NCBI RefSeq assembly: GCF_018977255.1
Contig: NW_024704742.1
Coordinates: 130,326,001 to 130,390,000 of the forward strand
Reading direction: 5' to 3'
Source: Callorhinchus milii
Lineage: Eukaryota
DNA: 64,000 bases
A program made the position numbers and the translations under genes. Below are positions 1 to 12,274 of this stretch, piece after piece. The notes beneath the pieces were generated by a model that was not told where the DNA came from, ran no database searches, and saw only the letters and a program-made list of their open reading frames with translations. Each line of letters begins with the position of its first letter. Positions within the stretch are counted from its first letter, which is position 1.

Positions 1-143
1 ATGATCAGGTAGACACATCCGCCATTCCAGCACTGGTCAGCCAGGTAACTGCAACAGAAACAGACTCTGTATCAACTGAATGGTCAATTTAGCTCAAGAA
101 TGGGCTCAAGAAGAGCACGAGGTGGGATGTGCCCAACTTCTTG

Positions 144-512
144 GGAGTCCTGTAGCTCAGTGGTTGGAGCACTCGCCTCGCAAGCGAGAGGGCCTGAGTT
201 TGATTTCTGGGCAGGGCAAAACCATAGGCAAGTTTTCTTATCCACACGACTGTATTTATCTAGCAGTAGATAGGAACCTGTTTGTTAGTCGATTGGCAGA
301 TCGCTTTCCGGAGGTAATAATCCCTTCAAAAAAATAATCCTGATTTGGTCACTCAATCCACTGTTTGTGGGACATTACTGTGTGCAATTGGCTGCCATAT
401 TTCACCCACAAAATACACAGTCATTTCACTTTACTGTATATTCTGTGAAGCGCTTAGACACCTCAACAACGTGATAAGGCGCTATATCAAATGCAACGAT
501 TATTATTATTAT
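144..512 (+). mobile_element. Family A SINE, full length (tRNA-Ala head, CORE-like segment, Deu-like 3' half, L2-like tail ending in TTA repeats)
   Basis: ggagtcctgtagctcagtggttggagcactcgcctcgcaagcgagag (A box, anticodon arm ctcgc/gcgag with CGC) ... gtgataaggcgctatatcaaatgcaacgattattattatt; many similar copies in the window. Confidence 0.9.
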
Positions 513-751
513 TTCTCCTGCTTCCATTAGCTGAAACCATTTAATGACTCATTGAACAAGTGCAATTGTGTAACCCCACACAAAGTATGAGTATAAGCAT
601 GAGCTTATATGAGCTGCAGGGGGATCTTAGCACTGGAGAGGGAACCTCAAAGGGTAACTGAACTTACAGATGGAATTGGGACATCCGAAATATGCAGAGA
701 AATTACTGAAGGTGGGGCCTTTCATTTTGGATTATAATGACTATAGCAAAC

Positions 752-930
752 GGCAAAATAATGCAGATACTGGAAATCTGAAATAAAAAACGAATTCGCT
801 GGGAACACTCAGCAGGTCAAGCAGCATCTATGGAGAGAGGAAAGTGAATGAATGTTCTGATGATAGGTCATTGACCTGAAACATTAACTCACTTTCCTCT
901 CTTCATAGATGCTGCCTTCTGTTTTTATTA
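752..930. mobile_element. Palindromic Penelope-type non-autonomous repeat
   Basis: Arms gcagcatctatggagagaggaaagtgaatgaatgtt (821-856) and aacattaactcactttcctctcttcatagatgctgc (880-915) are near-perfect reverse complements; the loop holds a hammerhead-like core. Confidence 0.65.
854..889 (+). ncRNA. Degenerate minimal type I hammerhead ribozyme motif
   Basis: gtt CTGATGA t aggtc att gacct GAAAC att aac: both catalytic boxes, stem II aggtc/gacct, short stem I gtt/aac. Confidence 0.55.
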
Positions 931-1139
931 CATCGATATGGCGCCTTTCATGTCAGAAGGACTTCAAAAGGGGCTGGACCATCAAGGGTTTGCACCCGAG
1001 CTGGGGGTTGAAATCAAGAGGGGTGGAGGGGAGGGGGAGTGGGGGTAGAAGGATGGCTGAAGGTCTGGTCAAAGAGGAGGAAGGTCTTGAAGAAGAGAAG
1101 GATCAGGAGGGATCTTACTGAAGTATTTAAGATGCTAAG

Positions 1140-1400
1140 GGTACAAGTGAACTGAGCTTGGTAATAAATCTAACAGTTACATATTCAACAACAAAAAGAT
1201 ATGGAATGAGGAAATCAGCCAGGGATTTAGCTCCTGATGATTGTCCAATGCTGGAAAGTGTAAGTGTTGATATTGGCCACAGTTCTCAGCTGCGATTTTA
1301 GGTGGATGCCCACGCTCACTGTGTTTAGGCTCACACATGAGGAACGCTTGCTTGGAAGAGGCAGCAGAGGTGACGGACACCCTGCGGAAGTTTACAGCAT
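1140..1400 (+). mobile_element. Old MARE3-like SINE relic
   Basis: gaaatcagccaggg...ctcctgat...gctggaaagtg...ctcactgtgtttaggctcacacatga; related pieces at 35750-35970 and 53725-53880. Family name from recall. Confidence 0.5.
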
Positions 1401-2974
1401 CGTGAGTTAGCACCTTCGAGAGAGGACGGGGAGAAAACTGGAGAGGAGAGAAAGCTGTGTTGTGTTACTCTCAGCAAGAGCTGCACACTGGCACAAAACA
1501 AAACAGTCTGCCCAACCCTTCTACCCCCACATTTTTATTATATTTATATATCTAATATATTTAAGGATGATGTCTCAAAGTGCTTCATAGGACATGTTAT
1601 AGAGTGGTGATTGATTTGTGGGAGAGCGCAGTAGAACATTTGCACACAGCAATATCTGTCAAAATAGCCATGAAGTGAATGACAAATTTTATTTGGGGGG
1701 ATTCGCTGGCCAGGACATCAGGAGAAAACCTGTCTTTTCTTTTCAAATAGTTTGTGTATGATAGTTCCACCTGAACAAATTCAACATCAACATTTTACAC
1801 TTATGCCGTGCCTTTCATGTCTGGACATCATGTCAAAGTGCTTCATAGAGACTGAGTGGGAGCTCAAGCAGGAAAGTCGGGGAGGGGGAGGGGAGAAAAG
1901 AGTAGGAGGGAAGTGGCAAAAAGTCATGAATAAAATTCATAAAAGTCAGTAGGTTTCCCATCGTTGAATATGGCAGCAGCAGAAATACTTACATCAGACA
2001 CTTAAAAATGATCAAGATGGCCCCAGTGTATTTATAACACAAGGTTGGCATTCCCAACAACTGCTTCTCAACTGGCTTGGTAATAGACAACCCCATCACT
2101 ACACACCTCAGCTCACAATGCCAGACACACAAACTTGGTGTCGTCTATCAATCGTCACCTTTACTGCCACCTTTACTACAAGATTACCATAATCATTAAG
2201 AGGTTTCACACACAATGTTCGTGATATTACTGTACAGCTACCGTTTGTTTGAGAAATTCCAAGCAGTCTTACCTTTCTGGATAGCAACGTAAACCAATGC
2301 AATGCTCATTTTACAGAGAAGAAAGAGGAAGAAGTAAACAGCAGTCAAATGAGCCAGGAACAGTCTCTCTCCCTTCGTGAGAGAACACGACAGGTGTTCA
2401 TAAAGCAGCATTGAACCTCGGACTGAAGCTCTCGCTTGTACAGCCAACCCTAATCTGCACAAAGACTGCACAGTATTAGCATTTGAAACACCACTTCTGA
2501 CCTAGTCGAAAACCCTCACTCTAAAGGCAGGAAATTGAATTAAAATGCTATGGACATCGGCTTGCTCAGGGACTACATGGAGGAGTCTGTAAATTTCCGT
2601 GGATGTACAGCACGTAAATAAAGTGTTGCACAGTTCTCACGGAAAGTAGAAACGTCAGAAGCTTTCGTCTTGTGGGCTTCCTCGGGATGGGAGAGAATGC
2701 TAATGGACGCAAGATAACTGAAGCGGTTTACATCTGTCAGCAGGCATATGGCGATGCCGTTCAGCTTCCGCAAGCAATCTGCATGTCACAGGGAGAAGGG
2801 GAAAGCATTCACTCGCTCACCGTGCAAAGAAAATAATTAGTGCAGATTCAAAAAAGAAAAGATAGACAGTGTGCAGCTGAAAGACATGATAATTTTACAA
2901 TCAATTATAAAGGAGCAAATCTACATTGAATTATTGTGTGAATAATGTTCCCAGTTCAGTTATGAAAGCCAGTT

Positions 2975-3000
2975 TCTCTCTCTCTCTCTCTCTCTCTCTC
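2975..3000. repeat. (CT)n microsatellite
   Basis: Direct reading. Confidence 0.95.
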
Positions 3001-3657
3001 CCAGACACGCACGAACACACAAACCTGATTTCCCCAAGACACCTCTGTTCAGTTTTCTTCACTTTAACATGTTGACATAAAGATGAATAAAGCAAAGCTG
3101 TGAACAATCCACTGTCAATAACTAATGGAATAACCTGTTGGCAAAGCCTTCTAAAGACATTCACACAGCATTGAGATAAGTGGAGAATACCTTCCTTTAC
3201 TCAGAGCTGGGCTGCACTGCTGTGTCCAAGAAACTCTGACAGAACCAGCAGTATAGTTGATGAGTCCAGGGTAAAGAACTCTAACACTCGCAATAAAATG
3301 ATGCTTTTAGCCGGGGGGTGGTGGGGGAAGATGACCAAAAGTATAGTCAGTCAAAGAGGTATGTTTTGAGACATGCTGACTAACTATTAACACTGAGCAT
3401 AGCACAACTCTGAAGTTTGGTATGTTAGCTGATGAACTATGGTGGATATCACAGTTAGTTGCTATGGTGGATATCAAAGGATAGCTGGGAGGGTAGCTGA
3501 TCTGGTCTACAAATAGTGGTGTGCACATGGACATGAGCAAGGTTGAGCTGATAGTCACCTAGACTCAGGAGTAAACTGGAAACCAAATTCATTGCCAACG
3601 CGTGAACCACAGCAGATGCAGCATATCCTAATGTCCCACCCGAAGGGACTTTCAACA

Positions 3658-3790
3658 ATCATAGAATAGAATTATACAGCACAGAAGGAGGCCATTCGGC
3701 CCATCGTGTCTGTGTTGGCTCTTTCAAAAGAGCTGTCCAAATCAATCCCACTCCTCCGCTCCCTCCCCATAGCTCAATGTTTCAAACTTA
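3658..3790 (-). mobile_element. CR1-clade LINE 3' end
   Basis: atcatagaatagaattatacagcacagaaggaggccattcggcccatc is the reverse complement of a CR1-type stem-loop plus attctatg tail. Confidence 0.75.
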
Positions 3791-4526
3791 TCCTCAAACT
3801 TTCGCCCACAAAATATACAGTCAATTCACTTCACAGTATATTATGTGAAGTGTTTTTGAGGCGACTCAACAAAATGATAAGGTACTATATCAAATTAAAC
3901 GATTATAATTTTTATTATTACTGCTCGCACCTGGCCTGTATTCCAATACTGCCCCTTTGGAAACACAGTGGAGCTAAGCATTTGAATATCTGCTAGGATA
4001 TTCACTTAGGAATGTTAGTCAGTACCAGTTTATTGAACCCCACAAATAAAACCTCCTCAACCCTGCAGTTCAACTCTCCAAACCTGATATTCTCATAACT
4101 CATCTGAAGCGCAAATAGCTCCCGCCACGAACATCCAATGCACATTACCTGAACTATGAATGGTGGATCTTGCACTAAGGAGAGCAAACGACTTGCTTTG
4201 TCGATGACTCTTGCCCATTCACCGAAGGAAGTACCACAGAGACCGATCACTGATGTGAGCAAAGTGCTTTTGATAGCTGCAGCTTCCAAATCTTTTGTAA
4301 AGAACTCAGTGTCGCAGCTTGAAAGCAAACTGTGGAAGTGCAAATATTTGGCATTGCACAGCCCCGCATTCATTCATGTCTTTGGATCAGATGAAAAGAA
4401 CTGATTCAGACAAAACACTCATAAAGTAGAGTGTGACAAATGATGTCTACAACATGAAAACTATTATCCCAGCAATGACCTTACTTATATAACCAACAAT
4501 CACCTCATATGATAATGCTTTTGACC

Positions 4527-4843
4527 TTAATAATAATAAAATCCTTGCATTTGATATAGCATCAAATCACCTTGTTGAGACGTCTCAAAATGCTTCACAG
4601 ATTATATTTTAAAGTATTTTGTGTGGAAAAAGCTGCAGCCAATTGCGCACAGCAGTGTACCACAAACACCCGTGGATTGAGTGATCAAATATTTTGGTGG
4701 GGAAGGATTATTACCACCAGAAAGCAATCGACAAACAACCAGGTTCGTATTTACTGCTACGTAACAGAGGCGTATGCAGGAAGGAAACTTGGCTAAGGTT
4801 TTGCCCCACCAGAGAATCAAACCACTATGCTACAGGACTCCAC
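4527..4843 (-). mobile_element. Family A SINE
   Basis: aataa...atccttgcatttgatatagc tail through to gctacaggactcca head end. Confidence 0.85.
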
Positions 4844-4959
4844 AATCGTAACCATAATAACCAGCAACAAGGAAAAACACCACAATACCATTGCGCTACC
4901 AAAACTGAATGTAAACTATCAATCAACTTACCCCTGTAATAAGAATAAAAATAATAATC

Positions 4960-5150
4960 ATCAAAACAATACAAATTTATATTTCACGTCAGGAGGGTGT
5001 TCCAAGATGCTGGACAGTCTAAGGTTTGCACCTAAGCTAGTGAGGGGGGAGGGGGGGCCACGAGAGAGGGAAAATGATGACCAAGAGCAACGTCGTAGAA
5101 AAAGGTCTTGAGGTGGAACGTGAAGGAGGTGAGGGAAGGGACAAGTTGAA
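4960..5150 (-). mobile_element. L2 LINE 3' fragment
   Basis: tcacgtcaggagggtgttccaag...tgaccaagagcaacgtcgtagaaaaaggtcttgaggtgg matches other L2 tails here. Confidence 0.65.
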
Positions 5151-6367
5151 GTGACATCCAACGTCAACATCACAAAGCACTTCTGTAAAGTGTGGTGACT
5201 GTATTGACAGGCAACTCAACAGCCGATTTACACACAGCAATATCCTACAAACAGTCGGGAAGTGAATGACAATTTTTTTTGAAACTGGGGAATTGTTGGC
5301 CAGGAGAAAGCCACAGATTTTGCAATTACTGGTCACCTCATTTTTACTTCAATTTAAAAACATCAATAATAAAGCCCTGCTTCAAGTCAGAGTGCAGAGC
5401 ACTGGCAGACACAAGTCTGATAGAGCAGAGACATTGAATGTTGATGTAGTGCCTATGACATATTCAACTACTGATATTCACTGAGGATAACACTAACATT
5501 TCACACCACGTCAGTGATGCATGGTTAAGCCTTGCCAGAAATAATGAATATGCTGTGTGTTTAATTCAGTCAATGTCCAGTAAAGCTTTTAACAAGGATT
5601 TCAAATATACCAAAGCCTCTGATATAGCAAGTACTGTTTTGTACGCCTCACTCACTCACTTAGAAAGAACTGAAATGAAACGTTCTTTTGACTATAATAT
5701 CTTTATACAGCTCCCTTAGTGACTGCAAGCTATAACTGACTTCAGTGTCACAGGGCTATGGACCAGAAGAATCAGAGCATTCTCCCTCCTAATTGCTGTC
5801 CAATGACTTCTATTGGGAAGTGGATGAGGACAAAATGATAACTCCCAAGCACACACACACACCAACTTGCACTTATATAGTGCCCTCCATGCAAGGTAGT
5901 GTCTCAGAGCACTTACGTACACATACAGTCACAATGGCGCCCAAGTCAAACAGCTTGCTATCACTAAATGTCTGAGTGCATATGAAAAATGACATTGTGT
6001 CAGATGTTGCTATGCACAAATTGGCTGCCACGTTTACCTACAAAAGTACAGTAAAAACACTTCACAATGAATCCAGCAAAGTGCTTTGAGACGTCTTGGA
6101 GATGTGAAAGACACCATATCAAATGCCAATTGTGGAACTGCACTCCAGCAAGAATCATGTCAAAGACTGCAAGAAAAAGTGGCTACAAAATTATAAAGCT
6201 TACATATTTGGAAGGTACCTCACTTACAGTTTACTTTTCCATTGCCATTATCAACCAGACTCTTAGGGGACGAATAGCAGAACATGCTTGCAATCATAAC
6301 GTCCTTGTAACAAAGTGCATATTTTTTATTTTAATTTTGACATAGAAATCTTAATATTGTGCTATAA

Positions 6368-6780
6368 CCTGGCTCAGTGATAGCATTCTCCCCTCCGAGT
6401 CAGAGGTTTGTGGATTCAAGCCTCACATCAGGACTTGGACTCGTATCATCTAAGCTGACACTCCAATGCAGTGCTAGGGTGTGTTGCATTATCAGAGATG
6501 CCATCCTTCAGATAAGAAGTTAAATTGAGGTCTATCTGCCGGTCCAGAAGCACGTTAAAGATCTCATGGCACTATTCAAAAAGAGAAGCAAGTTTTTGCT
6601 GGTGTCCTGGCCAACAATCTCCCCAAATAAAATTGGTCATTCACTCCAAGGCTGTTTGTGGGACATTGCCATGTGCAAATTGACTGTCGTGCTCACCCAC
6701 AAATACACAGTCACTCCACTTTATGAAGCACTTTGGGACATCCTCCCAACGTGAAAGGTGCTATATCAAATTCAAGACTT
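6368..6780 (+). mobile_element. Family B SINE (SacSINE1/DeuSINE-like), near full length
   Basis: ggctcagtgatagcattctcccctccgagtcagagg...gctgacactccaatgcagt...ttaaagatctcatggcactattc...ggtgtcctggccaacaatc...gtgaaaggtgctatatcaaat. Confidence 0.8.
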
Positions 6781-7223
6781 TTTAAAAAAAATTTAAAACT
6801 GCTACCTTCCACATCTTGTCCCATTCCTCGGGTGCCAGAGCTGGCAACACGGCAAAGCTAAAGAATGGTACAGTGTGACTCTTTGCTAAAGATGCATAGC
6901 CAACGCCCTGTCCCCCTTAACCCCACTCCCCCACCCCCTCCACCAAACATTTAATCTGCAACCAGATACCACACTTCCACTCACAACCCTGCCTGCAGCG
7001 AGCACAAAAATAAAATATAAATCACTGCACCGACAGAAGGAAGCAGTCAGTTAGTGATGCCAATTAGCCCCCTGGTAAAATCTGTAATCAATTACTTTGA
7101 AAGGTCTCAGTACTCCTGAATTGTTTCCTCCTCTGGTGCCCACTTTCTTAACTGCCAGTCATGGAGTCAAGTAGACAGCGATTGCATTTTATACAAGTCC
7201 CTCTCTGAATCAAGTAGAGTAGT

Positions 7224-7598
7224 GGAGTCCTGTAGTGTAGTGGGTTAGCCACTCGCAAGCGAGAAGACCCAGGTTTGATTCCCTGCCAGGGCAAAACCTT
7301 AGGCAAGTTTCCTTACTCCAAACGCTTCTGTTTACCTAGCAGTAAGAGGGAACCCGGTTGTTAGTCGATTGGCAGATTACTTTCTGGGGTTAAAATCCCT
7401 CCAAAATAAAGAAATAATAATAATGTGGTCACTCATTCCGCGACTGTTTGTGGGAGACTGCTGTGCACAACTGCCTGCTGCTTTTCACCCACCAAAATAC
7501 ACAGTCACTCCACATTACAGTATATTCTGCAAAGTGCTTTCAGATGTCTCAATGACACGTCAAGGAGCTATATCAAATACAAGGATTATCATTATCAT
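7224..7598 (+). mobile_element. Family A SINE, full length
   Basis: Same head, body and tail as 144-512. Confidence 0.9.
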
Positions 7599-8451
7599 AC
7601 ACACACTGATTTGAATGAGGAGGCTAGTAAAATCAGAGTGGCGGAAGATGCTGAATGGCACACAGCACGACACCATGAATTTCTTACAGCAATGATGTCC
7701 AGAAGTTCCAAAGTCAAACTCTGAGCTACTGCACATAGCACACCAATGACACTAGAATATAAAAGCAAGGAAGTGCCAATGCAGTGATGAGAGCCCTGGT
7801 CAGACCTCATTTAAAGTACTGTGTACAAATACAGTCACGACACTTTGCTAACTTCCACATCTTGTCCTATTCCAAGGGTGTACCCATTAAGCACTTGGAG
7901 ACATCCCTCTGATGCGAAAGGCGGTAACATATATCAAATACAAGGATTATTTAATATTATTATCTGGGTGGAAAGCTACAGTTACGTACAAACCTTGCGT
8001 GAAATTCAGCAACCAGGATTATATAAAGGAACTTGGTTACCTTGAGAGATTGGGTTAATTTGGGTTTACACCATATTCCCTGCAGTTAGGGAGGTATTCT
8101 GACTGAGTGAATAATGGGATTTGATAAAGTGGATAGTAAACCATTTTTTCCACTGTTAGACAAATCTAGAACAAGGGATCCAATCTTAAAGTTAGATCTA
8201 AGATGGTTAAAAAAGTAAACCCAAAAAACATTGAATAAGAATGTCATAATAATAAGAGGAAGGAAGTTGCATTTTGATAATGCCTTATCATGCTTGAAAC
8301 ATCTCAAAGAGCTTCAGAACTAATTACTGTCTGTCTGTTTTGTAAGCTAACACAGCAGCAATCTGTGCCAGCAAAGTCTCACAAAACAGCCACGAGGAGA
8401 ATGATTTAGTACTCATGTGGCCTCCTCTCCTCTATTCACAAGAGATTTACA

Positions 8452-8730
8452 AGAATGATACCAGGGGCTTTAGTTATGAGGAGAGATTGGAGAAGTTGAG
8501 TCTATTTTCACCAGGGCAGAAAAGGTTGAGGGGGGACAAGATAAAAGTGTACAAAATTATGAGAGGTTTTGTCATGGTAAATAGGGAGAAGCTGTTTCAA
8601 CTGGTAGGGAACAGTTATAAGATGGTCACAAAAAGACGTTACGTGAAACTTTCTCACTCAGAGTTGTGGAGATGTCGAAAGCCCTGCCAAGTAAGGTGGA
8701 AAAGGCAGAGTTCGTCAGGAAGCTTGAAAG
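8452..8730 (+). mobile_element. CR1 LINE ORF2 C-terminal remnant
   Basis: Translation FSYEERLEKLSLFSPGQKRLRGDKIKVYKIMRGF...REKLF, the typical CR1 ORF2 C-terminal motif. A more decayed piece lies at about 8085-8200. Confidence 0.9.
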
Positions 8731-8734
8731 GACT

Positions 8735-9100
8735 ATTGTTAGAGCACTCACCTCGCAAGCTCACCAATGTGAAAGGCACTATACAAAAGTAATCTTGTTG
8801 TTGTTGACATGGGTTTGATTTCCAGCAGGCAAAAGTTTCCTTACTCCACACAACCCTGTTTACCTAGCAGTATGTTGTTTGTTGATTGGCCAATGGCTTT
8901 TCTGGGGATAATAATCCCTCCAAAAATAAACAAATAATAATAATTTATACACTCTATCCATGATTGTTTGTGGGACACTGCTGTGCACAATTGGCTGCCG
9001 TGTTTCACCAACAAAATATACAGTCAATTCACTTTACAGTATATTCTGTAATGTGCTTTGAGATGTGAAAAGGCGCTATATCAAATGCAAATTATTATTT
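8735..9100 (+). mobile_element. Family A SINE with a short L2-tail insertion in its head
   Basis: ttagagcactcacctcgcaagc, then gtgaaaggcactatacaaaagtaatcttgttgttgtt, then the SINE resumes at gacatgggtttgatt. Confidence 0.8.
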
Positions 9101-9837
9101 TTATAGGGCAGATGAGTGGAATTGAATGAACACCTTGCTGTGAAAACTGGTGCAGACTCAATGGGTCGAATGTATTTTGTAGGAGAATGTGACAGCCAGT
9201 CTGTACACAGTAGTGTCTCATCTGACACAGTTTGTCTCATCTGAAGCACAGGACCTCCAACACTGTAGTGCGCCCCCAGCACTGCGATGGAAAGTTGCCT
9301 AAAGAATATGTCCTCATTAATTCAGCCTATACTATACGAGTTCAAAATCCAGACATGCGGCTTGAACCCACAACCTTCTAACTCTGAGGCCAGCAATTGA
9401 GCCTTATGATTTATAGGGGATAAGAATAATTGTGCATCTATTGGGTAATGCTGGATTATATTGGATTTACAGAGGCACAATAACTTCTTCCCCACTGTGT
9501 GGACTTTTCTTTAAATGAAACAAAAACAATTGTACATATTATTCTTTAAAATAACTCACTGCTGAGAGGGAATTGACAGCTGGATATGGATCTGATGGGG
9601 AATTGGGTTATGTTAAAAACCTCAAGCTTTCTCTGAGAATTTATGGCATCAATTTAGTCCTTTGATTGGGTTGCACCCTTGAAATTCCCACCCAACAATC
9701 TGATATTCATTCAAAGATTTGTTCCTTGTATTTTAATGCATTTGTTTCAGGAAAAAAATACCAGATGTTCGAAAGACCTTTCAGAGATACCGACCCCCAA
9801 GAGGGTTATGATTCTCAATAGCATTAATGGCATTTAA

Positions 9838-10243
9838 TAGTAATAATCCTTGCATTAGATACACAGCAACAACTTGCGTTTATATAGCACCCTTCACGCG
9901 AGGTAATATCCCAGAGTGCTTAAGATATAGTGCCTTATCATATCGTTGAGATGTCTAAAAGCGCTTCACAGTGGATTGCAAAGTGGATTGATTATGTATT
10001 CTGCGGGCAAAACACAAACAGTCGTGGATTATTATTTTATTTATTTTGATTAAAATAAATTATTATTTATTATTACCACCGGAGAGCGATCTGTGATACA
10101 GCTAACAACCGGTTTCCTACTTACCGCTAGGTAAACAGAGGGGTGTGGAGTAAGGAAACTTGTCGAAGGTTTCGCCTCACCTGGGAATTGAACCTGGATC
10201 TGCAAGGCGAGTGCTCTAACCATTATGCTACGGGAATCTTCCA
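9838..10243 (-). mobile_element. Family A SINE with a nested L2 tail at about 9862-9927
   Basis: The SINE tail is split by caacaacttgcgtttatatagcacccttcacg, with agata repeated on both sides. Confidence 0.85.
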
Positions 10244-11849
10244 TTTACTGTAAAATGTGCTTAACCTTGTTCCCAATAAGAAGAAATGGCCTCTTTAAGG
10301 CGCAGACTGGATGTGTGATGATTTCACCCCGAGGGTTTGGCACTGTTCTATACACATGTTGATCCTTTTACTCAAAGCTACATTCATGTATGTTTGTGAT
10401 CACCTCTGTATGAGATATGGGGAGGATTATTTCGGTGAGTGAGGCAATGCCAAGAACTTTCACAAAACATCTCTTCGAGATGCCCGCCTGCCCTCCCAAT
10501 CACCATGTGAGCTTCCGATGGGCAAGCCTGTGTTACTAATTCCACCAACATCTCCAGCTAAGCAGAATCACATCCGACTTCAAACAAAAACCAACTACTT
10601 TTTAGAGGTGATTTGCGTTCATTTAAAAAAGGTCCAAAATTCAATTGTTTTGAGTTGTTGGTTCAATGAACTACAACAATCTGTATTTACGCTTCACAAA
10701 GTTGACTAAGAGCCTGAGCTGGGGGGTGGGTGGAAAGCTGAGGAGGGTGGGCAGATGGGGAGAGGAAAGGCGACTGAAAACTTAGGTCTTACAGCAGGAT
10801 TAAAGGGCCACTAAACAATTGTACAAAATTTGCATTCTGTCCGCTCAGATGTGTGAGGACCTCTGTTGTCATTCTAATGCCACAATCCCAGAGAGCAACA
10901 CTTATGTCTCTTTTCCCCTCCCCATGAGAGCCCCATCTCCTTGATCAGGACCACTGTCCACCAAGTTAGAACAATGCCAGTGGCAACGACCATGTTGGTT
11001 GCCATGGACCTCATGTTAACCTGATTCTGTTCCAGCATCTAAAATGAGAGCAGCAATTAGGGGCATAGTGCACTAGCTTCTTCATCATCATCATCATCAT
11101 CAGTATATTCTTAGTACTACCATCAATCAGAGGGCAAACTAGCACTGAAAACTGGTAATCACAGTCTTGCAAAGCTAGGACTGTCCCATCTGTTGTAGCT
11201 TTGGTTCCCATTTTTACACGGTGAACCTGCCTGGCTTTTGCTTCAGAGACAGTTCAACCTTGCCCAGATTTTTCAGGTAAAACACTTATTTCATCGCCCT
11301 CAAAAAAACTGAACGGACCGACCGATAATTGAACCCAGAACCTTCTGGTCCCAGGTCCAGCGCTTAACCAATGAGCTACCTGGGGTGACAACTGGAAATT
11401 ATATACAATACAGCAAACATACCATTCTAATGAGTTACCCCTTTTTCCTTCCTTTTCTCACTCCTGAACTCAAAATATGTATTAAGGCTTTTGCACTTTG
11501 ATTTATTGTTCAGGTGATGAATACAGTTTGGTACATTTGCTCCAACTAGGGTTAAAGCTCTGCTTTCCACTCGGGGTGTGCAGTGCTGACAGTTTATGAT
11601 CAATAAAAGTGAAGGATGATAATGTTGTGTCCGAGCAAGCCAGTAATTAACGGAACAGGAAATTACTAATGCGACCCAGCTGGTTCTGTTCAGAACGACA
11701 GAGACATGCTGAAAATGTCACAACAGAAATAAGCACTATTTCCTAACTTGAGGGAAACCTGTTTCAAAGCGACCTGCTCCCAACATAGTCAGTCAGAGTA
11801 GAGCAGGCAGGCTGGTGTTTCAGGCAGGATAATGGGATGCTCCCCCCAT

Positions 11850-12050
11850 TACTTGTCTCCTTCCAGGCCCATCTCAAGGCCTTCCTCTTCGACCGCACCT
11901 TTGGTCATTTTCCCACTATCACGCTCCTTGCCCACCACCCCTCTTGACTCCAGCCCACTGTTTGAGTGTGCATTCCCTCAACTGTCCAGCGCTTTGGTAC
12001 GTCCTCCTGACAAGAAAGGCGCTATATAAATGCAATCATTTGTTGTTGTC
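11850..12050 (+). mobile_element. L2 LINE 3' end
   Basis: ccttcctcttcgaccgcacctttggtca...actgtccagcgctttgg...gaaaggcgctatataaatgcaat...ttgttgttg. Confidence 0.8.
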
Positions 12051-12274
12051 GCCGGTCTATTGGTCAATTCACTTTACAATATATCATGTGAAGCGCTTTG
12101 ATTCGTCTCGAAGCCTTGATAAGGTGTTATATCAAATGCAGAATTATGATTATGGTGATGGTACCTCAAGCACATTATTTTCTAATGTATGGAGCAAAGC
12201 AGAATGTGTTTTTTGGGGGGAGGGGAATGAAGGGGAAACTCACTGAAAGAGATATTGAGATAGTTGTACAGATG

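Noticed and set aside
3438..3476. 15-bp direct repeat ctatggtggatatca
   Set aside because: Only two copies 9 nt apart; a simple slippage duplication, not an array.
10981..11010. tggcaac...gttgcca inverted repeat or second X-box
   Set aside because: Half-sites are in the wrong arrangement for an X-box, and the repeat is short enough to be chance.
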